This document shows positions 1 to 9,874 of a stretch of 64,000 nucleotides of DNA, in pieces (the first letter of the stretch is position 1; every line of letters begins with the position of its first letter). Source of the stretch: Thermoprotei archaeon (GTDB taxonomy: Archaea > Thermoproteota > Thermoprotei > Thermoproteales > B15-G16); contig QMRC01000002.1 of the NCBI GenBank assembly GCA_003649205.1, positions 32,001 through 96,000 of the forward strand. Reading direction: 5' to 3'. Both the position numbers and the translations under genes were made by a program. The notes beneath the pieces were generated by a model. That model searched no databases. It was not told the DNA's origin and saw nothing but the letters and a program-made list of their open reading frames with translations.

Positions 1-571
1 CGATATGTGTGCTGCTCCAGGTGGTAAGACAACGCATATAGCTCAACTACTTAGAGGTAGAGGAGTGGTGTATGCCTTCGACGATTCTAGTACAAGGATT
101 AAGCGACTTGAGTACGAGGTTAAGAGAATGAAGTTGAGGAATGTAGTCGTCATCAAGCACGATTCACGGTATATTCACGTTGATTACCCTACGTTGAGAG
201 CACATAAGGTCCTCATAGACCCACCTTGCTCAGCACTAGGTGTTCGACCGAAGCTCTATGACGTTAAGAGCTATCGTGAGGTAATTGGGTGCTCGGAGTA
301 TCAAAAGCAGTTTCTGAGAGAGGCTGTGAAGATCCTAGTTAGGGGAGGGGTCATAGTCTACTCAACTTGTACCATAACACCTGAGGAGAATGAAGAGATT
401 GTGAGGTATGCGATTGAGAAATTGAGTCTAGAGCTTGAGGATACCGAGTATAGGAAATTGGGTTCACCAGCTCTACCACTACTTGGTAGGGAGAAGGGAG
501 TAATCAGGTTTTACCCGCATAGACACGATACACCAGGGTACTTCATTGCTAAGTTCCGTAAGAGAAATTAG
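1..571 (+). CDS. RsmB/NOP2/NSUN-family RNA m5C methyltransferase (5' end outside window)
   Basis: Motifs DMCAAPGGKTT, LIDPPCSALG, VYSTCTITPEENE and GYFIAK; the frame is open to the window edge. Confidence 0.93.
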   Translation, partial: DMCAAPGGKTTHIAQLLRGRGVVYAFDDSSTRIKRLEYEVKRMKLRNVVVIKHDSRYIHVDYPTLRAHKVLIDPPCSALGVRPKLYDVKSYREVIGCSEYQKQFLREAVKILVRGGVIVYSTCTITPEENEEIVRYAIEKLSLELEDTEYRKLGSPALPLLGREKGVIRFYPHRHDTPGYFIAKFRKRN

Positions 572-592
572 GTTACTTACGTTAAGTACCTT

Positions 593-650
593 AGCCGATG
601 ATTGAGCCCGATAGCTACTGAAAGGTGAAGAGTAAGAACCCCACTGAGGT
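593..650 (+). ncRNA. C/D box guide sRNA (candidate)
   Basis: C-like CCGATGA, D' CTGA, C' GTGAAGA, D CTGA (644-647) with 12-16 nt guides, in an intergenic gap. Confidence 0.65.
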
Positions 651-654
651 TGAC

Positions 655-1998
655 CTAGAACACGTAGCAATCCCTAACCTTGAGATGCGGTACTACCTCA
701 CTAACGTAGAGACCATGCTCAATAGAGGCCCTATAGCCTAATCTCCTACCGATACCCTCAATTAAGTGAAGTACTTTCGATGCCTGTATAGCTATGTGAT
801 CCACCTTAGCGGCAGACTTCACCTCACCTCTCTCAATAAACCAACCAACTTCAGGCCACAATACAATCAAGTCATCAGGTCTCAACTCAGCTCTAATGAG
901 ACCATCCACGTAGAATCCACGTTTAGTCTCCTCAATCATCTCACTAAATCTCCAATCACCAGGTTTAACAACTAAGTTACTCTGCATAGCTTTAGGTACC
1001 GTGAAGAGACCACGGGCATTACCTGTCGGGTGTGTACCAAGTACGTGAGCAGACCAGCGAGTATGGAGTAAGTTCGTCAGTACACCATTCTCGATAAGGA
1101 CTTTACTCCTAGCTTTAACACCTTCGTCATCGATGAAGTAGCTACCAGCACACCACTCTATGGTTGGGTCATCAATGACTGTCAATTCCTCACATCCAAC
1201 CTTCACACCAATACTAGGTATCCTCCTCTGGATTAGTGCTCTATCAGCTTCTAGATAGTGAGCAACCTCGTGAATTAACGCACCAGCAACTGTAGGGCTT
1301 AAGATAACTTCAAATTTACTTCCACGAACTAGAGGATTTAGGAGCTTTGCTGTAGACATTGCACGTAACCTCTCACAGATGGTATCGATCATAGGTTCAA
1401 GTCTTGACTTAATCTCACTGAAGGGTATTGATAGGGCGGTGTACTCAGCAGCTGATACGTTACCTATAACAGCAGAGATAAGCACCTCAATTATTGACCT
1501 ACCTTCGTGAACTAACGTAGTGTCACTATTCGCGTATACCTTATCGACTTCAGTAAATACCATCACAACTTCAGTAATCACATCCCTAGAACTCAACTTC
1601 TCACGAATTCTATCACTTACGTACTGAATTAAGGCTATAACGTCCTCTAGCTGAGGAAATTCATGTACTTTCCTGAAGTAACCTCTCGTCGGTTCAATAG
1701 GTGGTATCGATACCCTGAAACCACCAGCAATAGCACTCGATGCTCTAGCAACGTGATGAGCTTCATCAATTAACTCACTTCTCCAAGGTGTACACCTTGA
1801 AGCAACACCCCAAGCACCTCTATAGACGACTCTAGCTACAGAAACCACATCTTCATGTCTATTAACATCAATATTTGAGCCACGTAAAGCTACTTGAGTA
1901 GTCTTAATATAGAGCTGAGCAGCATCAGCATACTCAGCACCAAGTTCCTGAGCCTTCTCAATACCCTTCACCATTAAGTCAACTTGCTGAAAAACCAT
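655..1998 (-). CDS. TldD/PmbA family metalloprotease (TldD-like)
   Basis: HEVAH motif, DDPT..GSYFIDDEG, LIENGVL, TGNAR. Confidence 0.9.
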   Translation of the reverse strand: MVFQQVDLMVKGIEKAQELGAEYADAAQLYIKTTQVALRGSNIDVNRHEDVVSVARVVYRGAWGVASRCTPWRSELIDEAHHVARASSAIAGGFRVSIPPIEPTRGYFRKVHEFPQLEDVIALIQYVSDRIREKLSSRDVITEVVMVFTEVDKVYANSDTTLVHEGRSIIEVLISAVIGNVSAAEYTALSIPFSEIKSRLEPMIDTICERLRAMSTAKLLNPLVRGSKFEVILSPTVAGALIHEVAHYLEADRALIQRRIPSIGVKVGCEELTVIDDPTIEWCAGSYFIDDEGVKARSKVLIENGVLTNLLHTRWSAHVLGTHPTGNARGLFTVPKAMQSNLVVKPGDWRFSEMIEETKRGFYVDGLIRAELRPDDLIVLWPEVGWFIERGEVKSAAKVDHIAIQASKVLHLIEGIGRRLGYRASIEHGLYVSEVVPHLKVRDCYVF

Positions 1999-2018
1999 AG
2001 TGTATCATGATGCATGAG

Positions 2019-2942
2019 TTACCCGAGAGTATATATGTACTGCCTCAATTCATACGCATTGCTAAATACCCTGCTTAAAGGCATCACTAAGTAAGCTGCG
2101 TGAAGGTTAAAGTATGGAGGACCACGTCTAGTGAATATCGTCAACACTTTACCACCATGAGCTATGTGGTAACCAGCGAGAACAGGTTCATGACCACGAA
2201 CAAGGACTCTAGAGTTAACTAGCTCTAGAAATCTCGTAGTTACATCAGGACCAAAGAGCTTACCAGCACCTCTAGGAGATGGCACCGTACCAGTAATGTC
2301 ATCTCTAGGATCATTCCAGAGAAGCTCTTCTAAATGAGGTTCCTGAGGATGCTTTAGAGGTGCTTTGGAGATATCCTCAATAGATTTAGCAGCTGAATCC
2401 GCACCACCATGAACGAAGAATACGCCGTTCTTAGCTCTGCACGCTACGAATAGTTCATTAAATAACCCCTCAAGCCTATGAACAATCTCCACACCTTCAC
2501 TACCAAATAATCTTCGAAAGTAAAGAGGTGAATCATATGGATATACGAGGAGATCTGGCGGAAACTCATGATTACCACGAAGTAGAATTACCTTATCTGG
2601 AAATTGAGTGAAGACTCTCAATACCGCATACCACACCTCAGGTGTTCTTGAACCTCTATCACCGTAGTCACCTAGAAATAATAGGTAGAAGTCCTCTCTA
2701 CTCCTCAACTTATTGGTGACATCATTCACTCTAAAGACATTGAGTAACGTATCGTAATCACCATGGAAATCACTCATCACAACAATAGTACCCGTACTAG
2801 GTAGTTCAACAAGGTAATCACAGAAAACTAACTTACCTTTCTCACCACGTTCACGAAGCTCTCTAAGCAAATTAGTAGCATGTTCAATCAACTCTATGAA
2901 TTCACGAGCAGTAACATTACTCAGATCAAACATACTCACCAC
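2019..2942 (-). CDS. PPP-family Ser/Thr protein phosphatase (metallophosphoesterase)
   Basis: SDFHG, LGDYGDRG, LLRGNHE, VHGG, LLWNDP, RGHE motifs. Confidence 0.92.
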   Translation of the reverse strand: MVSMFDLSNVTAREFIELIEHATNLLRELRERGEKGKLVFCDYLVELPSTGTIVVMSDFHGDYDTLLNVFRVNDVTNKLRSREDFYLLFLGDYGDRGSRTPEVWYAVLRVFTQFPDKVILLRGNHEFPPDLLVYPYDSPLYFRRLFGSEGVEIVHRLEGLFNELFVACRAKNGVFFVHGGADSAAKSIEDISKAPLKHPQEPHLEELLWNDPRDDITGTVPSPRGAGKLFGPDVTTRFLELVNSRVLVRGHEPVLAGYHIAHGGKVLTIFTRRGPPYFNLHAAYLVMPLSRVFSNAYELRQYIYTLG

Positions 2943-3998
2943 CTACAACGAATAAGCCCTAAGAAGTTCACGAACTGCTTGAACCTTCTTCCTAGGGAGA
3001 TCCTCACTATAGGACCTACCAGGGTACGGTCTATGCGTTGTCGCTATAACCAGATCTCTCTTACCATGCATCTTCAAGAAGTACTCAACTAACTTAGTTA
3101 ACTCACTCACGACAATAGAGTCATTGAAGATCAAGTCTATCGGTAAACCTGTGAAGAATACAGTACGCTTACTCAAGTCACTAAGTAATTTCCTAACCTC
3201 AATTATCCTACCAACCCACCTATAAGCAGCATCAACTGTTGACTTAGGACATAGATCTAGTGGGTGTAGTGCATCGTAGATAGAAGCTAGTTCACGAACT
3301 AAGTTGTTCCTAGTTATGTCACCATCTGTATGCAGTATTGCGTACTTACCTCTTCGCTTGATCGCATTTGCGAAGAGTCTATGCCAGTACAGGTACTTAT
3401 CACGAACAAAGTCCCAGTTATAGAGAGTACCTCCGTACCAGCACACATCATCAGCTATCCTAACTGCATCAACGATATCTAGCTCAGCACAGGCCTTAAC
3501 TAGCTCAAGTATGTAAGATGCTATCCTATCATATATCTTAGTAGCTTCACTGTACCTAAGTTTTAAGTAGAGTGCAAAGTCAAACCTATGGTATATCTGA
3601 CCAAGTTCCCTAGCTCTACTAGATTGCGGTGGTGCGAAGAATGCTTCAGCTGTCTCAGTAGGACCGAGTATCTTACAGATAATGAACTTCTCTGAGGAGT
3701 ACCTACGTGCTTCAGCTAAGAATGTTGTAACAGCTTCATTCACAACATCATCAGTACTAGGCCAGGGATAGGAATCACAATAAACTCTACTACACCAATC
3801 AGTAAGTGACTCATTTTCGAACCTCCTAAATGGACCGCCAATAGAGTTGTACCTTCTCCACTCTCTTATCTTAGCCCCAATACCAACAACATCACCGAGA
3901 AAGTACTCTTCATCCTTACTGTCTGACTCAACGTGCATGGGAATCCAAGCACCTTCACCACGTTCAAAGACCTCGTAAACTACTCTCTTGGAGTTCAA
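2943..3998 (-). CDS. URO-D/MtaA-CmuA superfamily protein (uroporphyrinogen decarboxylase-like, possible methyltransferase)
   Basis: IADDVCWYGG and ILHTDGDI motifs; size typical of the family. Confidence 0.65.
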   Translation of the reverse strand: MNSKRVVYEVFERGEGAWIPMHVESDSKDEEYFLGDVVGIGAKIREWRRYNSIGGPFRRFENESLTDWCSRVYCDSYPWPSTDDVVNEAVTTFLAEARRYSSEKFIICKILGPTETAEAFFAPPQSSRARELGQIYHRFDFALYLKLRYSEATKIYDRIASYILELVKACAELDIVDAVRIADDVCWYGGTLYNWDFVRDKYLYWHRLFANAIKRRGKYAILHTDGDITRNNLVRELASIYDALHPLDLCPKSTVDAAYRWVGRIIEVRKLLSDLSKRTVFFTGLPIDLIFNDSIVVSELTKLVEYFLKMHGKRDLVIATTHRPYPGRSYSEDLPRKKVQAVRELLRAYSL

Positions 3999-4071
3999 GG
4001 CAGAAGACCTCCTACCAAGGAATTCAGGTACGTACTCAGAATATAGTTAATTCACTCTTTCGGTAAAATAC

Positions 4072-4632
4072 CTACCTCTTCAACTCATCGAGCATACGCT
4101 CGAGAATTCTCGAAAGTTTACCTATGTGAGGGAGCTGCTTACCTTCATCCCTACTCCTCTCGATAACTTTCTGAATGAATGACCTATATAACTCAAGTAC
4201 CTTAGGTAGCAGTTCCCTACACTTCTCCCTCTCATCCTCCCTTATGTACTCAAGTAGAAATGAGTGATCAGTTACATAGTAGTGAAATGCCTCTTCATAT
4301 GAATCAGGTCTATATCGTCTAAGGTATGAGCAGAGTAGCTTACCGTCTCTAGAAGTAGCCTCAACGAATACCTCCTCCTTGTTCTTCGAGAATATGTACG
4401 ATACCTTGACCTCAGTATCATTCCTAGTGTACTTCTTGATGAAGTGCACGTATACGTCGCTCGGTGTACGTTCAAAGATCTCATCAGGGTACACTGATAC
4501 CGTGAAGTTCTCTAGATTCATCTCTAGATCCCACACATACCACTTATCTGCTGAGACATCACCCTCAATGAAGATTTCAAACCTATCACCTACTACCTTA
4601 CCTCTAACCATTGTGAAGGACATCCTGATCAC
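4072..4632 (-). CDS. hypothetical protein
   Basis: 186-aa ORF with typical composition; no motif recognised. Confidence 0.7.
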   Translation of the reverse strand: MIRMSFTMVRGKVVGDRFEIFIEGDVSADKWYVWDLEMNLENFTVSVYPDEIFERTPSDVYVHFIKKYTRNDTEVKVSYIFSKNKEEVFVEATSRDGKLLCSYLRRYRPDSYEEAFHYYVTDHSFLLEYIREDEREKCRELLPKVLELYRSFIQKVIERSRDEGKQLPHIGKLSRILERMLDELKR

Positions 4633-4633
4633 C

Positions 4634-4696
4634 TAGTCAGCTTGGAAGAGTGTTCGTCATAGCGTAAGCTCATTGGGAGGTACCCTTCATCATCAA
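4634..4696 (-). ncRNA. C/D box guide sRNA
   Basis: Minus strand: ATGATGA-agggtacctccca-ATGA...ATGACGA-acactcttccaag-CTGA. Confidence 0.75.
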
Positions 4697-4732
4697 TAGT
4701 GAAAGTAGGGGTAAAGTATTTTAGCCTTCTCG

Positions 4733-4790
4733 AAAAGAAGACACATGCCCGCGACAACTGATTGGTGAAGACCGCAGGGTCGTCTGAGCC
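4733..4790 (+). ncRNA. C/D box guide sRNA (degenerate C box)
   Basis: AAGAAGA-cacatgcccgcgacaa-CTGA-ttg-GTGAAGA-ccgcagggtcgt-CTGA. Confidence 0.55.
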
Positions 4791-4805
4791 TATCGATGAA
4801 GAGCA

Positions 4806-5291
4806 CTACCTCTTAAGAAATTTCTTGATCTCCTCGAAAACTTCAATAGCATACACTTCTTTCGATGGAGCGGCTGAAGGTGGCTTGAAGATCACAGGTA
4901 TACCGAGAGTTTTAGCTCCTTCAGCTAACTTCCTATCACCAGTCACGAGAATAGCACCAAGTTCACGAGCATACTTCAAAACATCTAAGTCATCTTTAAC
5001 AGGAAGATACGTGACACCATCAGCACAGTACCTATCACTAATCCCAGAGCAAACCTCAAAAACCTCAAGCTTGAGACCATGGTCACGAGCAATCCTAACA
5101 AGCAACCCCCCTAACTTCCTCAAAGTCTCATCACACAAAACCCTAGCACACAAACCCCCAGAACTAGTACAGGAACAAGAGCTAACTAATCTCAACCTCC
5201 TAACAAAATCCTCAAGTTCACTCAAAGACTCAAAACACAGCAATAGATAAACCTTCAAAGCAAACCCCAGAAGAAACACAACAGACAACAC
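4806..5291 (-). CDS. PIN-like (Mut7-C/DUF5615-type) domain protein; true start probably later than the ORF start
   Basis: VLCDETL...DDLDVLKYARELGAILVTGDRKL motif. Confidence 0.6.
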   Translation of the reverse strand: MLSVVFLLGFALKVYLLLCFESLSELEDFVRRLRLVSSCSCTSSGGLCARVLCDETLRKLGGLLVRIARDHGLKLEVFEVCSGISDRYCADGVTYLPVKDDLDVLKYARELGAILVTGDRKLAEGAKTLGIPVIFKPPSAAPSKEVYAIEVFEEIKKFLKR

Positions 5292-5364
5292 ATATCAAAC
5301 AAACGGACAGTATAACGACAAATCACAGAAAGAGCGAAACAACACAAGTAATAGGAGAAGTAAA

Positions 5365-5474
5365 CCCCCGAGGAGTGAGGTAGGGTCCTAGATCTCCGTT
5401 CCCTCTATACCTAGGGTAACCCCCTAGGTATAGAGGTACTTGGAGACCTAGGGCTCTACCCCACTCCTCGGGGG
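5365..5474 (-). ncRNA. 110-nt rod-like hairpin (long inverted repeat) with a loop-E motif; unassigned ncRNA candidate
   Basis: Arms 5365-5416 and 5422-5474 are nearly fully complementary; minus-strand internal loop AAGUA/GAAC; BRE/TATA-like AAAAATCTTATAAG at about 5498-5511 on the minus strand. Confidence 0.6.
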
Positions 5475-5570
5475 CGTTTGAAATTATGTCTGTGTATCTT
5501 ATAAGATTTTTGGTGTTATGTTTTGAGGTATTATACTTGTGGAAATTACGCTACTTTACTTAGTTCACTT

Positions 5571-5625
5571 GATCAGTGCTTTGGCCCTTCTTCATCTTTC
5601 TGTGGCTACCATCTTCATCATCATA
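5571..5625 (-). ncRNA. C/D box guide sRNA
   Basis: ATGATGA-agatggtagcca-CAGA-aag-ATGAAGA-agggccaaagca-CTGA. Confidence 0.8.
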
Positions 5626-5733
5626 TGTCTTCTTGTTTGTCTGCATTATATGGGTATCTGTATTCATGTACTTTCGCTAGGGTGCATGCTTAAAAGTTAG
5701 GTGATTGTGTAAATAATTAGAAAGGGGGTTAAG

Positions 5734-6903
5734 GTGCCTCGTGTAGTTCTTGTATCGACTTATCCACCTACTCACTGCGGTGTGGCTGAGTACACTAGGT
5801 TTTTGGTCACTTCACTTAGGTCACTTCCCTACCGTAAGCTGGAGATTAAGGTTATTGGTGATGAAGGTTCTATGTCAGGTACAGATTCTGAAGCTGGTGT
5901 TGAGATTATTCCTACGTTTAGGGTTGGTTGTGCTGATTCTCTAAGTAGGGTTATTGATGTATTGACGGAGATTGATGGTACTGATATACTACATATACAG
6001 CATGAGTACGACATCTATACTCTGAGTCATGCCTTGGAGAGTGTACTTGAGGAGGTTAGAGATGAGAGGTTAGCTAAGGTTGTAGTCATTACGCTACATA
6101 CAGTGTACACCCCTGTTAGAGGTCTTGAGAGCAGGGTCGAGATTCAGAGAGGTCTTATTGAGCAGGTAGATGCTGTTATTGTGCATAGCATCCAGCAGGA
6201 ATTTGAACTCTATACTCAAGGTGTTCCTCCTAGAAAGGTGTACAGGATACCTCATGGCACCTTAATAAATCCATACCTACACTACTCCAGGAGATTTCTG
6301 TCAGAGAAGCTGGGTATTCCATTTGAGAGGTTGAGAGGTATTGTCCTTACGGTACCTGGATTCGTTAGAAAGGATAAGGGTCTCGATATCTTGATTCAAG
6401 CACTCTCAAAGCTTAAGGACTTGAAGCTAACTGTTGTCGTAGCTGGCGAAGTTAGAGATCGTGAGGTTAAGAAGCATATTGAGGAAGCTACTAGAGAGGG
6501 TAAGATGATAATGATTGAGAGATACCTGAGTAATGACGAATTGTTGATGCTGGTAGCACTGAGTGATGCTATTGTGCTACCATATAGAGATGCACCAGGT
6601 ATTCTAAGTGTTAGTGGTATATTACACATATCGATGGGTAGCCTAAAGCCCTTACTCGGTTCGAGAGTACCTAGATTGGTTGAGCTGTATCAGAATGCAC
6701 CGAGATTGACCTTTAGACCCGAAGAACCTGAGGAACTGGCTCAAAAGATTAGGTGGTTAGTTAAGAACTACGACTACACAATAGCGTACGCAAGTGCTCT
6801 ATACAGCTACGCAGTTAGAACACAGTGGTTGAGAATGGCTAGAAGACACCTCAGTCTATACCTCGAGCTAGTGAAGGATAAGGTAGAGGGAAAGCAAGCT
6901 TAG
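5734..6903 (+). CDS. GT4-family glycosyltransferase
   Basis: VSTYPPTHCGVAEY, HIQHEY, RIPHG, GFVRKDKG, LPY..SG motifs. Confidence 0.88.
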   Translation: MPRVVLVSTYPPTHCGVAEYTRFLVTSLRSLPYRKLEIKVIGDEGSMSGTDSEAGVEIIPTFRVGCADSLSRVIDVLTEIDGTDILHIQHEYDIYTLSHALESVLEEVRDERLAKVVVITLHTVYTPVRGLESRVEIQRGLIEQVDAVIVHSIQQEFELYTQGVPPRKVYRIPHGTLINPYLHYSRRFLSEKLGIPFERLRGIVLTVPGFVRKDKGLDILIQALSKLKDLKLTVVVAGEVRDREVKKHIEEATREGKMIMIERYLSNDELLMLVALSDAIVLPYRDAPGILSVSGILHISMGSLKPLLGSRVPRLVELYQNAPRLTFRPEEPEELAQKIRWLVKNYDYTIAYASALYSYAVRTQWLRMARRHLSLYLELVKDKVEGKQA

Positions 6904-7586
6904 GTACCATCCACCACAATATCTAATCCCTTGACCTCTCGCTCAAGCTCATTAACCAACCTCATCAGCCTCTCTAGCCTTGACCTAGCAATCATCTTGC
7001 TAACTTCAAAATTCATTGAATTAGGTAAGTGAATTAACTTCGTAAATACGTGATCTACACAGTACTTATCCTCCATGAGAGGTCTAGATTGGGGAATAAC
7101 CTCAGTAAGGTCATGAATAGCCCTTCCCAGGTACGCACCATACGCGATGACTCTAGCAAATCCAATAACACCAAGAGCATCTAACCTATCAGCATCCTGT
7201 AGAATAGCTGAGATGATATTAGATGGCTTCAAACCACTAGACCAACTATGCTCAGAAATAGCAGTTACAATAATTCTCACACACTCACTACAAAGACCAA
7301 GATCAGTAAGTAACTTCCTAGCAAACTCACCTGATCTAGAAGCATGATCCTCCTTACCAAATAGCGGTATAGCAATGTCATGTAGGTAGCAAGCAATCTC
7401 AAGTAACTTCAACTCCCTTAGATTTAGACCAAGTACTCTACCCAACTTGAGAGCCACATTACTAACCCTAATGACATGAGTTAAGTCGTGCGATATGGGT
7501 ACCCTACCTCTAGCACCCTCATACACCTTAACCACGAAGTCTCTAACCCTATCAGCGACATAATTTAGTAACTCAACATCACACAT
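6900..7586 (-). CDS. HD-domain phosphohydrolase
   Basis: SHDLTHVIRV, YLHDI, LQDADRLDALG. Confidence 0.9.
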   Translation of the reverse strand: MCDVELLNYVADRVRDFVVKVYEGARGRVPISHDLTHVIRVSNVALKLGRVLGLNLRELKLLEIACYLHDIAIPLFGKEDHASRSGEFARKLLTDLGLCSECVRIIVTAISEHSWSSGLKPSNIISAILQDADRLDALGVIGFARVIAYGAYLGRAIHDLTEVIPQSRPLMEDKYCVDHVFTKLIHLPNSMNFEVSKMIARSRLERLMRLVNELEREVKGLDIVVDGT

Positions 7587-7612
7587 ACATCCACCCAGTA
7601 AAAATGGGTAAA

Positions 7613-7630
7613 AATCAATAATTATTGATT
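7613..7630. promoter_or_regulatory. perfect 18-bp palindrome (candidate operator)
   Basis: AATCAATAA|TTATTGATT in a divergent intergenic region. Confidence 0.45.
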
Positions 7631-7750
7631 AAGTAACTTAAGTAACTACGTAACAAATATATGCCACCTACGTAGCAACACGTAAAACAAGACATGTAGT
7701 GTAGTATTTTGAGGAGTTTAATTACTTACTTCAACGTGGTGTTTAGGTAG

Positions 7751-8932
7751 ATGGTAGATTACACACCATTACTTGAGGTACTGTTGCTGATTGTACTAGC
7801 TAAGGTTCTTGGAGAGGTATTTAGTAGAATTTCCCTCCCTCGTGTCATAGGTGAATTACTTGCAGGTATCATATTAGGTCCATCAATTCTCGCTGTGGTC
7901 GCTCCGACTGAGGAGCTTGAGATCCTATCAACTATTGGTGTAGTATTCTTCATGTTGTCAGCTGGTTTAGAGATTGACCTAGAGAGATTAATGAAGCACT
8001 TTAGGGAAGGACTCTTGGTTGCTGTATTTGGCGTAGCGGTACCTTTCTTACTCGGATTTATACTAGGTTACCTCTACGGTTACGGACTTGTAACATCGTT
8101 TTGTCTAGGTACGTGTTTATCAATAACAGCTATTGGTCTTAGCATACGTACGCTAATGGACTTGAACATGCTGAATACGAGAGTTGGACTAACTATTGTA
8201 AATGCTGCTGTTGACGATGATGTCATTGGTCTCGTGCTGATGTCCATAGCTACTGCTCTAGCTATTGAGGAGGAAGCTGTGAGCTACCATAGGGTAGTTA
8301 CGTCAGCAATTACTGCTGTCGCTTTCATAATCGCTAGCTTCATGATCGTACACTACCTAGGTACTAGACTACGCTCAGTAGTTTCACGATACTTCAGGGC
8401 AACCAGCTCGAAGCTAGTACTAGCAATATCGCTAGCCCTACTCTTTGGTCTAGTAGCTAGAGCATCCTCACTTCACGAAATTATTGGGGTCTTCATTGCC
8501 GGTATGTTGCTTAGGAATGTACTTGGGAAGGAAGTTGAGAAAGAGATACTTGATTTTACCTTAGCTTTCTTCGCACTTCTCTTCTTCTCGTACATTGGTG
8601 TGAAGACAGACATTGGGTCTATCCTAGAGATCACTGAAGTAGCTATAGCCTTGATAGCGTTTGCATTCATAGGGAAGATCATAGGCGGTGTTATTGGTGG
8701 TACTCTCTCAGGTCTATCGCTTCCTGAAGCTTTAGTAGTTGGTATTGCTATGAACTCACGAGCTGCTGTTGAGCTAGCTATAGCTAATATGCTGTATACT
8801 GTCGGTGTACTGTCACTAGAGCTCTTCTCAGCAATAGTGTTAATGGCAGCAGTAACGTCAATAGCCACGCCTTTGATGCTAAAGTTCACTACCACACTGC
8901 TGTGGGATAAGTTAAGTAGAGTTCGGTGTTGA
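7751..8932 (+). CDS. CPA2-family cation:proton antiporter
   Basis: GELLAGIILGP, AGLEID, AAVDDDVIG, multiple TM helices. Confidence 0.9.
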   Translation: MVDYTPLLEVLLLIVLAKVLGEVFSRISLPRVIGELLAGIILGPSILAVVAPTEELEILSTIGVVFFMLSAGLEIDLERLMKHFREGLLVAVFGVAVPFLLGFILGYLYGYGLVTSFCLGTCLSITAIGLSIRTLMDLNMLNTRVGLTIVNAAVDDDVIGLVLMSIATALAIEEEAVSYHRVVTSAITAVAFIIASFMIVHYLGTRLRSVVSRYFRATSSKLVLAISLALLFGLVARASSLHEIIGVFIAGMLLRNVLGKEVEKEILDFTLAFFALLFFSYIGVKTDIGSILEITEVAIALIAFAFIGKIIGGVIGGTLSGLSLPEALVVGIAMNSRAAVELAIANMLYTVGVLSLELFSAIVLMAAVTSIATPLMLKFTTTLLWDKLSRVRC

Positions 8933-8951
8933 GGAGGTTCCAGGAGGGATT

Positions 8952-9030
8952 TGGTGCGGCCGCCGGGATTTGAACCCGGGCTCACTGGCTCGGAAGGCCA
9001 GCATCCTAGACCAGGCTAGACGACGGCCGC
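8952..9030 (-). tRNA. tRNA-Gly(TCC), CCA encoded, no intron
   Basis: GCGGCCG acceptor stem, anticodon arm CTGGC-CTTCCGA-GCCAG, T-arm GGTTCAAATCC, ACCA end; TATA-like element near 9061. Confidence 0.96.
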
Positions 9031-9089
9031 TTGTAGTCGTGTAGTTTTGTGTTGTGTGGTGTTTATAGATTTTTCACCGTCTTCCTCCC

Positions 9090-9857
9090 TTGCTACTTGG
9101 GGTTAATCTTTTCTGTGAGTTATTTTGCTGGTGTGTAGAGGTGTGTTATGTGGTTTGTGCTGTTGTATTTGATGTGTGGGGTACTCTCTTGAAAACTCGT
9201 GTATTTCTTGAGCGTATTGCTCGTGAGCTGTGCTCTCTTCTCGGTAATGATGACGTTGATTCGTTGTTGGGTAAGTTGTTGGAGGTTCATGAGTTGTGTA
9301 AGATTGCTAGGAGGAGAGGAGCTTTTCGTGAGGATTGGATTGTTGAAGATGCTATTAACTTTGTTGTGGAGAGACTTGGTATTAGTGCTGAGTTGCTTAG
9401 GAGGGCTATTGCTAGGGCTGTGTTGTCTGTCTCTTGTGAGGAGTTGATCATTGATGGTGTTCCTGAGGTTCTTGAGGAGGTTTCTAGTCTTGGTTTGAAA
9501 GTTGGTTTGCTCAGTAATGTTCTGTATTGGCCAGGGAGCTACACTAGGCTTGTTCTTGAGCGCTGTGGTTTAGGTAGGTACTTTGAGGTTCAGCTGTATG
9601 CTGATGAGATTAGGTGTCTGAAACCTAAGCGAGAAGCCTTTACCAAGGTTGCACAGGTTCTTGGAGTTGAGGTAGAAGACATGATCTACGTCGGTGATAG
9701 CGTTGTTGAGGATGCTGTTGGCGCTCTCCTGTCTGGTGCTAGAGCTATCTTACTCTCAAGAGATGTCAGGGATGTTGTGAACATAGGTAACCTAATGTAC
9801 ATAGCTCCTCACGTTAAGTTCGTACCCTCTATAGTTCGAACAATTGTAAGTAAGTAG
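9090..9857 (+). CDS. HAD-superfamily hydrolase (start likely near 9150)
   Basis: VFDVWGTL, LSN, KP, YVGDSVVED motifs. Confidence 0.88.
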   Translation: MLLGVNLFCELFCWCVEVCYVVCAVVFDVWGTLLKTRVFLERIARELCSLLGNDDVDSLLGKLLEVHELCKIARRRGAFREDWIVEDAINFVVERLGISAELLRRAIARAVLSVSCEELIIDGVPEVLEEVSSLGLKVGLLSNVLYWPGSYTRLVLERCGLGRYFEVQLYADEIRCLKPKREAFTKVAQVLGVEVEDMIYVGDSVVEDAVGALLSGARAILLSRDVRDVVNIGNLMYIAPHVKFVPSIVRTIVSK

Positions 9858-9874
9858 TTTCCTCTTAGTTTCCT

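Noticed and set aside
5365-5474. 5S rRNA or intrinsic terminator
   Set aside because: Unbranched rod without 5S loops B/C; lies between divergent genes and is far longer than a terminator
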